A stretch of DNA of 64,000 nt from Adineta vaga. Taxonomy: Eukaryota > Animalia > Rotifera. Each line of letters begins with the position of its first letter. Position 1 is the first letter of the stretch. The notes below the pieces were generated by a model. It was not told the origin of the DNA. It saw only the letters and a list, made by a program, of their open reading frames with translations, and did not search any database. The stretch lies in contig CP075495.1 of NCBI GenBank assembly GCA_021613535.1, positions 3,162,001 through 3,226,000 of the forward strand. Direction: 5' to 3'. A program made the position numbers and the translations under genes. Below are positions 1 through 14,750 of the stretch, one piece after another.

Positions 1-3000
1 TTTCTCAAGTGGATAGTAGCAATCAAATTGAAAACAGATATATCAACAATAGCAAATGAAAAAGTCGTTTAATCGTCTATCCTGACATAGTCATGAACCT
101 TAGACAAACACGAAACGATGTACATGTACATGTCATGACACTGATCGATGGCTCAATCAAAAACATATCATAGTTTTCTCAAACATTTTTCTTTTCTATT
201 CTCGAATTCAGCTGATCAACTGTAAAACAAAACATCTGGTCACCGAATAGACAGTGACAAAATTTGTTCGATATTCTAATTGTTCAATTCTTTGATCTTC
301 AGCAGTCATTGATAAATGCTTGCGTGACAAAAAGATACTTGACGCCGGTCAGTGTGCATCATGCAATGATATAATTGCTGGTCATACCTATTCGCCAGCT
401 TTTTTTCTCTCTCTCTCTTCATTGCTCTCTTTTCTTCTCTTCACTTCTGTCCTGAAATTCAGACCATCAAACTCATAGATCGTTTGGCTTCCAAATGAGA
501 TGTGTTATCAATTAGACTGAGTGGTTGCGGTCGGAACTCTTGAATATTGAAAGGTAAATAAACGATCATTTTAAGCATGTTTAGACTAAAAAGTAAATTT
601 GACTGTTTTGTTTTATTTTTGTTTTCTTCAATTATTTCTCTCTTTCCCTTGCTTTTCTCCTTCATTTTTGATGGTCAAAAAGCAGCACCTCGATGTATTA
701 TATTCATCTCATCATTGTCAATGCCAGCGGCTACCAGTAATAGTTGTAGTCATTTACATCATCCTATATTTGTAATAGAGAGAACAACAACTGATGAATT
801 CATCATCATTCCAGAGTTTGCACTGATGATGACAAGAATAAGAAGACTACCATTGAAAGACAAAACGACATGTTTAACGGACCTTACATGAGTATAGTGT
901 GAGAAGTCTTTTCATCCATTTCTTTTTTTTTCTTTCTTTTTTTCTTGTTTAATCCGGTCAAAGACACAAGTAGAATCGTTTCCGTATCTTCAAGTGACAA
1001 TGTGATTTCCGAGTTATGGTTGAGTTACTTACGCTTTACATCAGATTTGTCCTTCATTTTCTAATTTTCATTCTACACTCAAAAACGCTAGTGAGAAATT
1101 TGATCTATCTTCTTCTTTGTAGTAAATAGAAATACGTTCACAGATGGACATAGAAAGAATTTATATAGTCTCCTGCGGCGACAACCATTTGACCTAATTA
1201 TTTCACTTTCGTGCAACTATTTACATTAATGTCTTTTTTTTCTATCATTATCATTAACACTCTAGTAATGTAAAGAAACTACGTAGTTGAACGATTATAT
1301 CTTAATTTCTTAGTAAGAATTCTTCGATACAAATCAACATTAAGTCCTACGTAGATAATCATAGATTTGCGTTTTGTCTTGTCAATCGATGAAAGAAATC
1401 GATCGATTGACCGCCACTGCCGCCCTTCTTCTTCTTCTTCTTCTTTTTCGTCTTCTTCGTTTATATTGAAGCCACTTTAAAGAACGTCAATCGTTTTTTT
1501 CTTCTTCTTCTTTTTTCTCCTCCTTTTTTTCTCTTATGTACGCCCATTACAATTGAACGATGCATTTTGTTTCAACAATGCACTACTCGTCAAAGAGAGT
1601 ACCTCCTGTTTTAATGATTTGGCTCGTTCTATTCGTCGCTTTGTTGGAACAACTTCATACCGAGCGCGTCTATATACATACATATATTTGTATAGAAATA
1701 GAAACGAAATATTGACCATCAACATCATCATCATCACCACCCCTATGATCATTTTCTGATAAATCTATTTAAGAATAAACCAAGCCTACATTAATTATTT
1801 TCTTGTCCATATTCAATTATCCTATCAAACTCGTTTACATCGCTGGACAAGTAAGTTTCCTGTCTATCAAATCAGCTCGATGAACCGTATAAATGATGTA
1901 TTTATTGTGTAATACTTTAAAATAATCAAGGAGCTACATATTAATATATGTATATAATAATGTTAGATTATATTCAACATTGATTTTACTTATTCATTGA
2001 GTACTTGGATTTGAACTAGTCGAATGAACTAATAAATAAGACAGATTTCGACTTATGATTGTGTCATCTTGCGTATATGCTCGACATAAAAACGCGCCTG
2101 TCTGTCTTGTCATTTCACTGAACAAACTCGCAATATAATATGGATGCAATCATCATCATCATCTTCATCATATCATCATGAATACATGTGAACTGCCTTT
2201 TGGACAGTAAAAGGCAATCAGGCGAGTAGGATAGATATTTATTATAATGTATCGATTGCAAGAACGTGATTTCCTGACCAAATAATGTTTTCTTTTTATA
2301 TCTATCTTAGAAAATTAACTTTGACTTCACGAGATATGATTTTCTTATTCTAGAAATCAACCTTGATATCATTGTTTTAAAGAAAATCTAATATCTATAT
2401 TAAGTAGACATTTATTTTTACATCTTCTTGTTAAGTCGGATACCTGATCATCTTCAAAGCATATCATTGATTTTGATTCCTTTCTTCGTCTATAACAAGA
2501 ATATTGTTGTATTAGATATGAGAAAATAAGTCATCAGCACGTCTCAGATTAGCCTGATCTTTTTCTCTCTTATTGTTCTTCTCCTTCTTCTTCTTCTCTG
2601 TGTCTCTCTATTTGGGCCATTGTCGACGATTGATCTGATGACTGTGGGAGATAACTACTTCTTTTTTCTTTTCGAACTGTTCGCCTGTGGCGTCTCGGAT
2701 CTTGCATCACATTTCTGTTATGACCGTTACAATGAGTGCGGATAGTACTGCATGCACATTTAGTATTGCTCCTCCCTAATAATAGCCAATACTCTACAAT
2801 TCTATCAATGACGACAAAGAAGTAAGTTGAAACTTTTGTTTCATTCTATCTATTCATTGTCCTTGACAAGATTTAATGTGAGATCGATTGCTCATATTGA
2901 TGGTGTTCAGTTCAAGTATAACTATCTTTTTCTTTGTCAATATATACAATGTATATGCATACACAGTACAAAAGATTAATATGCTCGAACTACAGAGACG

Positions 3001-6000
3001 CCATCGTCAACTAACTAAGCACATGTGGATACATGTAATCAAAGAGTTATTATATAATGAATGAGATCTGTTCGACTACCATATATTTACATGCATATAC
3101 GATGAGCATAGTTTCGTTCAATGTCATATACTATTTCATAGTTTGAGTAAAAAGAAAACAAGAAAAAAAATTATAGATAAAGTGATTACATCATCATCAT
3201 CATCATCTTCTTCTTCAATGAGACTAATGAAGGGGAGCTGTTGCTGTCGTTGTCATTTCAACTCCATTACAGTTTCATGTAAACGAGACAAGATCGTTGC
3301 ATTTCTCTTTACTATCTAACATAGAAAATGCTGTAAGCAGTCGAAAAGCGTCATGCTGCTGGTGATGATAACGGTAGTATACACTGTTTACATAAGTAAT
3401 TATTGTTTATACTAGTGGAAAGAAGGAAAAGATATATATATATATATGCATATTTTCATCACTCTCTTTTGTATTTATTGAGCAATAAAAAAGCACAACA
3501 TGATTTCTTTTTCTGTATTATTCTTTCTTCTTCTTCTCTTTTTTGCAAGCTTAAAATTACATAAAGAAATATCTAATTTGTTATGGTTGTACATTAGAAG
3601 TTGCTTTAGATATAAAATGATCGACGCACGTACACATGCATGCTCGAGACGCCCGACGGACAACATGATGAATAAATCAAATTGTTCACGGCCAAAATCG
3701 ACACACACATACAATGTATGTATATACAAAGACAGTGTCGAATTAGAATAACTAACACAATTACACTCTATGAGTCTGTATTGAATTGTCGCCGATGTTC
3801 GTTTGATAATGCAATCTTCTTTCCCTCTCTTATAATGATGTTGGTCAGTTGATTTCTTTTTTCCTCTAATCGGATGTCAGTATTTCCGAATCAAATCAAT
3901 GATGGTAAACGATGATGACCCTTTTTCAGTGGTGGCTTCTTCTTCTTCTTTTTTCAATAGTTTGCGATCAGATCTCTTCTTTCTTCTCTCTCTCTCTCGT
4001 TCAGAGAATACTAGTTTTATCTGTATATATAAGTAGCATGTGAAATGTGCTAAGAGTTGACCATCATTTCTGGTCGCGTGATGTTCGAGTATGCATATGT
4101 ATGTCGCGTCGCAGACATGCGATGCCACAAGAGAAATGTATTTACATATATGCAATGTACAATGGAGATGTGTATATGTATGTTTTGTAGCGAATCTAAT
4201 TGCTTGTTAAAGTCGCGTTATGTGTCGTCTAATCCTTTACGCTTCTATCATTCGTTGTGTGTATATTGTTATCGCATGGGAATCAACTTAGTCACTGTGA
4301 ACATGTCAGACAGCTTGATTTTTATAGGGACTTATTTCAAATACACAGTTTGAAATGTCTAATCGATCTTCTTTCTTTTCTTGCTTATTCTTTCATTCTG
4401 TCGATCATAAATTGATTGACGTATGTTGAAGTTGAATAGAGTAAAGACAATTTGTTTTGAGTACTGCATGATTGCTTATCTCGAATAATAATGATGATGA
4501 TAGTAGTTTGTTATGGAATAGAGAAGAATAAGGAAGAGCCTTGACTATAGATACAGATATTCGATACATACACAATCATCAGGGCAAATGTTCGTCTTCA
4601 TCATTTTTCTTTGCTTCTACTTCCTTCGACAGTTTGACATATTTAGATAAATCTATTTCTGTCTGTATGTAATTAAAATGCGAGGTGAGAGATTTAACAG
4701 TTGTTGCCATTGTATAAATATATCCATATATCTACATGTATAGTTGACTTTTTAGTTAGAATTTTTCAATGTCACTAACGCGCATTATAAATGTCTATGA
4801 AGGTCCAATAAATATAATGTCCATCAGTAAGAACAACAATATGAAACGGAAATCGATTAGACTCCCTTTTCTTTTTTCTATAGCACTTTTTTCTCTTCTC
4901 ATTTAATGTCTAACTATTCAGATGAACATCTAATTCTCTTTGTCTTTTGTCTTGCCGTCGTTTTATTCTCTCTCGGGAGATTGTCGAATTTCCTTTTGTC
5001 GCCTGTCTGTTGCCAGGTATTGTGTCTCGCTATTACTCAAACTAGAGTCAGTTCTTTCGTGCATCAACGAGTAATTGAGACATGTTCCGGTGTGAGTCTA
5101 TTTTCCGGATTTTGTTTTCCTCTCGCTCTCTTCCACTCCGCGATTGAACAAACTGTATACTGTTTTAGATTATTCTCTTTTGTTATAATATGCAAAGTAT
5201 CATCATTCCGCATGAATGAAGTCATTGTTTAACATTCACCTGAATATTTTTTCTCAGTTTATCATATGCAAACGACAAAGTGAAAAAAACACTGCCTTTT
5301 CCCTTTGTGTTCAATAAAAAGCAAGCGAGAGAGAGAGAGATAGGACGATCTGTTTCATACATATACGTAGACAACTATGATAATGGGTGATGAGTGAAAT
5401 CGTATGTGTATTCGTATATAAACGGTTGGGATGATGATACTAACCGTTGATGACACATATGACATGCGGCGGCGAGACATCCCTATCCGATAATTGGTAT
5501 TGCCCTATGTTGAAGTAAAAACAAGAAGTATTTTGTCTTTGCTCATCATAAGAATGCACCGTTCTGCTAATTAAATTTGACCTTTTTCTCGGGTGATATA
5601 TTTTTTTTGATGAAATTTCAATTGATTTCGTTTTGAAAACAATCACAATGAGAAGAAAGGACATATTATGCTAAGTTTCTCTTCTTAAGTGATTCGTTAA
5701 GAAATTTGATTTATTCTAATCGTTTCTATACGCCGCTCATTATTTTTGACCGTGAATACGACGAACAGAAATGAACAAATCCGATAACCTTCATCTTTCG
5801 ATTAGTGTTTGATCTTTTATAAAAGAAGCAAATCTAGATTCATTTCTTTTTCCTTCAGTATCCATTTCACACATTTGTTTAATTATAAAAGACAAGATTA
5901 TTCTTTCCAATCTCTTTCATATCCATTGCATCATCTATTGATACATAAAAAAGAAAACGTGCATCAATCCTTTCACTCTCTTTCTTTTGCCTGATCGATC

Positions 6001-6302
6001 ATATATATATGAACATGAGATGAGCATGTCCTATGCATGCTTGAATTATTTTCAAAATCTTTTTCTTACTCGTTCTTCTTATTCTCTCATAACGACTAAT
6101 AATGTTAAGTTCATCGTACTAGAAGAACGCGAACGAGCTGTAAATTGGATGATTTCTATCTATTCACACGCGTATGTCGATATTCTTTTTTTTTGCGGAT
6201 CGTTTTTGTAACATAGAGTAATTCGATCTTAATCGTAAAAAGGAACGAATGAAATTTGTCTTTGTTTTTTCTTTCTAGATTAATCCATTTCCATGTCAAA
6301 TA

Positions 6303-9300
6303 ATGAAGATTCATATAATTTTACTTCTTCTCTTTGATTTGATCAATTTTATTCTTTCAATTCAAATCGATTTTCCTAATCCATTACAACGTTTTGTTTA
6401 TGATGATGCAACAGATACAATTCTTCTAGCATCAGTCAATCATATTTATTCATTAAATGCCAGTGATTTAACAATTTTATCGGATATTAATCTTTCACCT
6501 AATGAAAATGATAATCATTGTTTAGTAACTAATAAAACATCTCAATTATCGACAAATTATTATTTTCCCACGATATCCTATTTATCATCATCATCATCCC
6601 CATCACATAGTACATATAATCAATTACTTTTATTAATTAATCAAACAGTATTAATCTGTTCAACATCAAATCGTGGTGGTTCCTGTCAATTACGTTCAAT
6701 AGTTAATCTCAATCTATTAAAAAATTCTTCTCAACGTATTGTATCTTCATCTCCATTTTATCCTTCAATTGGTTTTATTAGTGAACATAATTCAATCCTA
6801 TATTTAGCTAATACATATGATTCTCTTTGTGATCCATTCTATGAAATCCCAACAATTAGTGGACGATTATTAACAAAAGATTTTCTTTCAATTCTCAATT
6901 TGAATTCGGGTCTATCAGCATTACAACAATCAACTTATACATTACGTTTATTAAATACACGTTTAATAAAAGATTTCTTTCTCTCTTATTTATATGGATT
7001 TGAACATGGAAATATTTCATATTTTCTTACAATTCAACAATCAGATATTTCACATAGTCGAGCAGCAAAATTACAAACAAAAATCTTACGTTTTTGTCAA
7101 ACATTTAAACAATCAATTATCAAAAGTTATGTTGAAATGCCCATCACATGTGGTCATCATTATTCTTATCTAGTAACTGGAAAATTTTCTAAAGAAAATC
7201 AAATTTTCTATGGAATTTTTCGTAATACAACATTAGCTAATTCATCCAATACGGGCCATGCCATCTGTGCATATTCAATTGATTCAATTCGTGAAGCATT
7301 TTTTCAAACAATAAAAAATTGTATTGTCGATGGTAAAGGTTATCGTGGTTTAGGTTTTATTAGTCCCGATACACATTGTGTATCAAATAAAGTAAGCAAT
7401 AGAATTTGTCACGAAAGACAAAAAATTGATTTCTATTAATTTGTAATAGAATTTAAATGAAATCAATCATGATTATTGTCCGGATAATGATGATAGTTTT
7501 TTTCAATATCCTATCGGTGGTCATCGATCATTAGAACAAAATCAACCGATTATTGAATTCAATGAAAAAATCAATATGACAGCAATTGAAATTGTTTCTC
7601 TGGAACAAGATGTGATGATTTTTCTTGGTGATGATCAAGGAACTGTATATACAGTAAGAATTTACTGAATAAATAATACATTTTTCTATTGATTTCTATG
7701 CATAGTTTCAAACATCGAATAAAAATCAAGTTATTAAAGAAAATTTTCCCTCGTCAATGATAATTGATTTGAAAATAATTAATAAAAATCCATCGATACG
7801 AAATGCTAATCTTCTCGTGTTGACTAATAATCAGGTAAGAATGTAATTTTCTTTCGTAAATTTAGTTAATTATAGATGTAAAGAACTAATCTATGTAAAA
7901 TTTCATTTTGATGATGTATATCAAGGTTTTGTTAGATAGAAATTCATGAATATGTAAACAAAAAAAAACGAAAGATTTTTAATCGATCATCCTATTTAGA
8001 TCATAAAACGAAAATTAAGTACTTGTGAACAGTATACAACATGTGATGAATGTTCAAAAATTGATCATTGTCATTGGTGTTCTCGAGAGAAAAGGTAATA
8101 TGAATTATAATTGAAATCAATGTCTAAGATATTCGTATAGATGTACGCCATCATTCGAATGTACAAATGAAAATCATCAATTTCAAAGAAATATTCAAAT
8201 CAATCGATGTACAAATATCGAACGAGTGTTTCCAGATACAATTTCATTACATTCATCAGATATACAAGTAAAATCTTTTACTTCAATCTTGCTTTTTCTA
8301 ATTTTCTATTGAAATATTTTAGTTAGAGATTGTTCTTAATATACCATTACAATTGAATCTTGATGAATATCAATGTCGATTTCATATTCATGATCATGAA
8401 AATTCTGTTTTGTATACTAATGCAATTCTTCGTGATGATAGAACATTCAAATGTTTTCCACCTGTCTTATCCAATCGAAATCAATGTAAGGATATAAAAC
8501 ATAGAAAATTCGCAATTATCATACTTTGTTTGTTTTCATTTTTAGCTGTTTATCATACAGTTCTATCCTTATATCATTTAAAAACAAATTTAACATTTGG
8601 ATATGCAAAATTAGTATTTATTAATTGTTCAAATATGTTATCTTGTTCATTCTGTACGAAATATTCAAATCAATGTATATGGAATCTTCAAACAGTTAGT
8701 TGTATTTCACATGAAAATAAGAAATCTCTTACTCTACATCGAAAACGTTTTGTAAATCATTTAAATCAATGTCCATCGATTTATTTACAACAATCAATCA
8801 ATCGTTTGGCTTTGTATGATAAGAAAAATTTAATCGTACATATTGAGCAATGTCAGAAAGAATTTTATGTTCAATCATGTCGATTAAACGATTATCGTAA
8901 ACGTTTTGTATTTATGTCAGCAAATTCCATGGTAGTTCAATCGACAGATGAAAATCATCTATGTATAGTTAAATGTACATTTGAATTGAAAAATTCCGCA
9001 ATTTTCTCTCAAATATCATTTCATCGACCATTACATCTCGATCTTTCACTTGAATCTATCAATAAAACATTAATTTCAATTCCACGAACACATATTTCTC
9101 TATATCATTGTGAACGAATGGGAGTAAATTGTACATCATGTTTACAACTTGATGCATCATACGGTTGTGTATGGTGTAATAATATGTGTATGTTTAAAAA
9201 TCATACATTGGAAAAACAAATCACTTGTCCAATTCAGCAAGAATGTTTAGTGCCAATTATTGAAGATATTGAACCGTTATTATTACCAATAAATGGAGGA

Positions 9301-12300
9301 ACATTAGTTACAATTAAAGGCAAACATTTTGATTTATTTAATTTAACAATACAATTAGTTGATATATCATGTCAATTGATTGAAGAAGAAAGTTCCGATG
9401 AAAAGTAACGCACAGATTTTTATTGACTTTTATTTATTTCCATTTTGTTTTTTTTGCTCTAGAATTGTTTGTCAATCAGGTGATGCAGGTACAACAACAC
9501 GTACTGGTTCTGTTCAATTAAAATTTGGTCGACATGGTCCACAAATACAATCACGTCAATTGATTTCATATATGAATCCAACAATAACTTCCGTTGAACC
9601 ATTGATTGGTATCGAAAGTGGTGGAACACTTCTAACAATTGTTGGTGATAATTTAACTCTAGGAAATAGTCATATAGCTGTATTCATTGGTACACGTCCA
9701 TGTCAATTATTATCTATATCTCGTACTAAAATTCAATGTGAAACGAGTTTATTTTCTTCATTAATGTTAAATGAACAACAATCGATTAAATTTCTTTTCG
9801 ATCGACAAACAAAAATTGATTCGGAGAAATTTTTTACTATTGTTCCCAATCCAGTACTTCATTCATTTGATAATTATCATCAATATCAAAGTTTTCTTAG
9901 TGGTGGTCATCAATTAATAATTCATGGAGAAAATTTTCATTCCGTACAAAATATCCGTCTGGAATTTAAACGTATTATCTTTGTTTCACCATTCTTTTCC
10001 AATAAAACACATTTAATATTTTTAACACCATCAATTCAAGAATTACATTTAAATGATGAAAATGATTATCAACAAGAAATCGAAATTATTCTTCATTTAG
10101 ATCATTTTAATAAAACATCATCTGTCATTTATATCAATGATCCATTAATTTACGAACTCGAACCGATGTTACAAACATATACAAATGAATTAATTATTCA
10201 TGGAGCAAATTTAACTACAATTGGTCATACGAAAGAAAATGTGAATGTTCATATTGGATGTGATATATGTACAATTGTACATTTTCAAGTGGATAAAATC
10301 ATCTGTCAACCACCCGTCTATCGTCCGAAGAAATATTCAAAAACAAATCAACTTTGTTATGATTCTGAACATCCATGGATTATTGTTACGATTGATAATA
10401 TTCATTCACATGTTGGATATATGATCTATCCAAAAAAGATTGTTATTCTTGGTAAGTAATTTCTATTCATTTGAATCATGTATATGAACACAATCTATCG
10501 TTCTTCAGGTATTATAACTGGTTGTTTATTAACAATGTTATCTATCATTTTAATCATTCTTATCATTGTTTGTATTCGAATTCGTTGTGCACAACAGAAA
10601 TCTCGTCGACGATATCTTTATAGTTCAGGTATGAATCCTCATAATAATGAGAAAGAAGCCTATAAAGATGATCTTCTACATAAATCTTATCAAAAATTAC
10701 CTATGCTTGAATCTATTCTACCGGATTCAACAGCAATACCAACAATACCCTTACGTTCTTATATAAATTATTTACAATTATGTTATTTCTATTATTTTAA
10801 TGAATCAAATCTTTCGATTTCTTCTTATGATACACCAAAAGCAAATATAAAACATGATTCAATCGATCAATTTCAACTATTAATGGAAACGAATGATGAA
10901 TTACTTGATTATTTCTATAAAATCATTCTTAAATCGAAAAATAAAAAACTTCTTTCAAATCTAATCTTAATTCAACGATATCATTTGAAAAAATTTCTTC
11001 AATATAAAAATGATCTTGTCTATTTTAATATCTGTCTACTTACAGCTTTTGATGGTCTTATAAGCAATCAAATAACATCATTAATCTTTCAACTTTATTA
11101 TCAATTAAAATATAAAATCTTCTCAGGACCTATCGATGCCATTGAACAAACTTGTTCATATTATTCATTAAATAATCATACAATTCTTCATGATCAATCG
11201 ATTGTATTTAATTCGATTCAATTAATTGTTCATATTGATTATTTAAATCAATCCAATGATTTCTTAGTATTAAATGTTACATGTCTATCATGTGATACAA
11301 TATCTCAAGTGAAACAAAAGATTCTTTATCAATTAAATTCTTATCGAAAATTTCAATGTCTTTCTATAAATGATAGTCAATTGTATTTATTAACAAATAC
11401 GAAATCTTGTTCAACATCATCATCATCATCATGTTCATCGTCAACAACTTCATCATCAAATGTTCCATTAGCAAAGAAATCTTTATTAACACAATTTTTT
11501 TCCAATCAAAAAAATAAATATTCAACAACAACAACAACATCTCACGATTCATCATATCGAGATTCGATTATTTTACAATTAAACGATATTGATAATACCA
11601 ATGAACAAATTAATCATTGCAAAAAATTAAATACATTACAACATTATGGAATTGTTAGTGATGGACATGAATTTAAATTGATTTTATCTAATCATACACA
11701 ACTTATTAACTATATCAAACAATCAAATTGTACTCTCACATCAAGTAAGTAGATCATCAATGATAGAAATATATTCTTCTATTCATTTGTTTTAGAACGA
11801 ACACTTCAACGTCATCCACTTGATTGTCAATATTGTTCAACAGATCACGAACAAACATTTAGTTATCTTACATCAATACCAATATCATCGCATTCCATTG
11901 GATTATCGTCTTCAGTTGAAATTGATCGTACACATTATTTTCATCTATTAAATCATACCTATGAAGAAATTGGTGAATCAGGTCATTTATTAATGACAAA
12001 TAATCAAAGTGAAACTTATCGATTATTTGAAACTAAATCAAGCATTCATTCAGTTTTAATCAATTTGATTGAAACATTATTTACTAATTTTCTTCATAGT
12101 GATAATTATTTAAGTGAATTAATCGAACAATATGCACATTTTTTACATATTTTCTATGGACATTTTATTCCATTTATTTTACAAAATTTAAATTCTTTAT
12201 TTGATTTATCTATGGACAAATGTTTGACAAGTTCATTTGATATACTTGCAACTATCTTTCAAATTGCTTGTACATCACAAATTAATGAACAACATTGTTC

Positions 12301-12794
12301 ATTATGTCATGAATCAATAAATAATTTAGTAAGTTAGACGAAGAAAAACAAAACGGTTTTTCCTTATTTGAGAATGTTCATGTTCTAGAATATTCAAAAT
12401 TGTACATTATTATTTGCGGATGAAATTCAACGTGTTCGTTTACATTATTCAAATGTTGAACGACGATTGAACAATCGAAATTCAACATCCGAATATTCAT
12501 CAACAAATACAGTAAGATAAAGTTGAAATTTTGTGAAATTATTTATTCTTATTAATTATTCTATAGGGTATTAATAAAATATTTGAATTAGAACCATCGA
12601 TTACCAATCATCTTATTGAATATTTATGCTTACATGTTGAAGAGGTTAGTTGAATTCATGATTATTTAACTATCTACTTGTTTTACTTTGATTAATAGAT
12701 AACAGAATTGTTGAAAAGTCAATCAACTGATAATAAAAGTCTGATTATATTTTTCAATCTTGTCCAAACGTATCGATCGAATAGAAAAACTTGA
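6303..12794 (+). CDS. Plexin-family receptor (Sema, PSI, IPT repeats, TM, degenerate split GAP with RBD); multi-exon
   Basis: Signal peptide MKIHIILLLLF; Sema motifs (LICSTSNRGGSCQLR, KSYVEMPITC, AICAYS); PSI repeats (CTSCLQLDASYGCVWC); IPT repeats (PINGGTLVTIKG, GIESGGTLLTIVG); TM near 10510-10575; plexin cytoplasmic motifs GPIDAI, CDTISQVKQKIL, KLNTLQHYGI. Last exon ends in TGA at 12792-12794. Confidence 0.9.
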
Positions 12795-12914
12795 TCTCAG
12801 GAAATGCTACTGTTTTCTTTTTGTATACATTGATTATGTTTGTCTATTGTTGTTTTCTTTTCTTTTTTTGAAATATATTGTCAATTTGATGAAAACAAAA
12901 CAAACAAAAACGAT

Positions 12915-14293
12915 TTAATTTATGGGTTTTAAAAGAATTTTCATTTCACAACCATAATAACCTGTTTGACGATCTGGTTGATGCATTATACTTAAATGTA
13001 ATTCATTTAATTCGATTTGTCCAAAATCAAATTGACTAAAAAGACGCAAGACTTTCTTGGCATCGAAAGATTCTCGTTCTTGATTTTTTACACGACCACG
13101 AGCAGTTTTTTGTGCTTCTAAAATACCACTTTCATCTTTTCGTAATAGAGAATTCATTAATGTTATATGAAGTTTAAGACGATCAAATTTTTGTTTCATT
13201 AAACCTGTATTAAATAATTCTTCGTTGAGACGATCAAGAAAATTTTGTAAACGATTCGAATTTTTCTGATCGATCAATTGAATTTTTGCATAGAGAACAT
13301 CAACAAAACTTGGATCATCATTCATAAATTCCAAGCCTTTTATTTGAACAAGAAAACGTTCTTTATCTGTTGGTATAAATTGTTTTAATAGATTATTTGT
13401 ACATTCTTGTAGTGTATCTTTTATATAATCGATTTCGGATTTTGACAATAGAACAAATGTGCCAATCGTTAAATGAAGTTTCGGTGCTTGTTGAAATAAT
13501 TCATTGGTAATGCCACGTTCTTCTGCACATTGTTCGAGTACATTCTTTTTGAATTCTTCATATTTTTCTTTGAATTGATTTGCTGATGAAGATTGACAAA
13601 GTGGAATGGATAGAAAATGTGTAAATGGTTGCATTTGACGACTACGATCAATGATAATTTCAATACGTGTACGTACTGTTCGAACATTTGCTTTTGTACG
13701 ACCACGAATTTTGACTAGACCAATTTCATCTCGACGAGGAAAGAAGATTTGAGTACTAGTTTCTTGTTCTAATTTTTGTTTATTTTCAGCATTTTTACCA
13801 ATGAGAACACCATAGAATGCAGGAGCAATGTCCATTTCACAGGCATACATCTTTTCTCTAGGAAGATAATCAATAGTGTCATCATTTTCATCTTCATTCT
13901 CTTGTTTAGATGGTTTTTCTTCACGAACTATGATAGAAAAGAACAAAATCAAACTTTTTATATATTATCAATTAGCTGTCATTTCTATGTGTAGAACTAC
14001 GAAATTCAATAGACATTCTCGGTATGCTAATGAAAATAAATAGGAATAATACCAATTTGTGGTTTTGTTTCAGATTCCACTGTAGTTCTTTTCAATTGTG
14101 GTTTACAACTTGGTTCATCATCATCATTATCAGCAAAATTATTCATTTGATAGTCTGCCTCTTCTTCCTCTCGATAGACTTGATATTGTTGAATATCAAG
14201 AGATTCAAGGCTTGGTAATGATGATGGATTGATTCGATAAGATCGATTGCCAACAATGAGAATATCTGGCCGAAGAATTGATGAAGTAGACAT
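12915..14293 (-). CDS. ASCC1: Activating signal cointegrator 1 complex subunit 1 (KH + 2H-phosphoesterase domain); exons 14293-14053 and 13927-12915
   Basis: N-terminal ILRPDILIVGNRSYRIN, KH domain, QPFTHFLS, and two HxT motifs (KLHLT, KLHIT); GT-AG intron joins the two ORFs in frame. Confidence 0.92.
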
Positions 14294-14750
14294 GAAGATG
14301 TATAGGAAAGTTTGTTGTTGTCTAAAATCCGTTAGATAGGGAACAATAATTTATTAAACTTGCCTCTTTTTTCTGTCAGTTCTTGTCGGCTTAGAGTCTT
14401 TTTTTTGTTGTGTGAATATGAGGAATCAAGAGAGAGAAACGTAAAGAACGAAAAATGCAACTTAACTGAAACATACAGATGACAAGAAAAAAAACGGAAA
14501 TGAACCAAGAAAGAGAGAGAGAGATGGGGGTGAGACAAATAGACAAACAAACATAAAGAACGATAATAATGAAAGAGAACAAAAAAAGAGAGTTTGATGT
14601 TTAAATAGAAGTATATATCACACAACAAGAGAAATAGATGAAGAAGAAAAAAAAGAAGAAAAAGAAGAACCCGCACAAGAAAAAAAGAAAAGCACATTCA
14701 CAAGTACATATAAAGAGAAAGAGAAAGAGAAAAAGAAAAAAGAAAAACGT

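Noticed and set aside
459-6211. Many 60-108 aa ORFs on both strands
   Set aside because: Low-complexity F/L/I/K-rich translations with no motif or consistent exon chain, as expected by chance in AT-rich DNA.
7835-7999. Longer introns as box C/D snoRNA hosts
   Set aside because: TGATGA occurs here and in the DET1 intron, but no properly placed CTGA or terminal stem was found.
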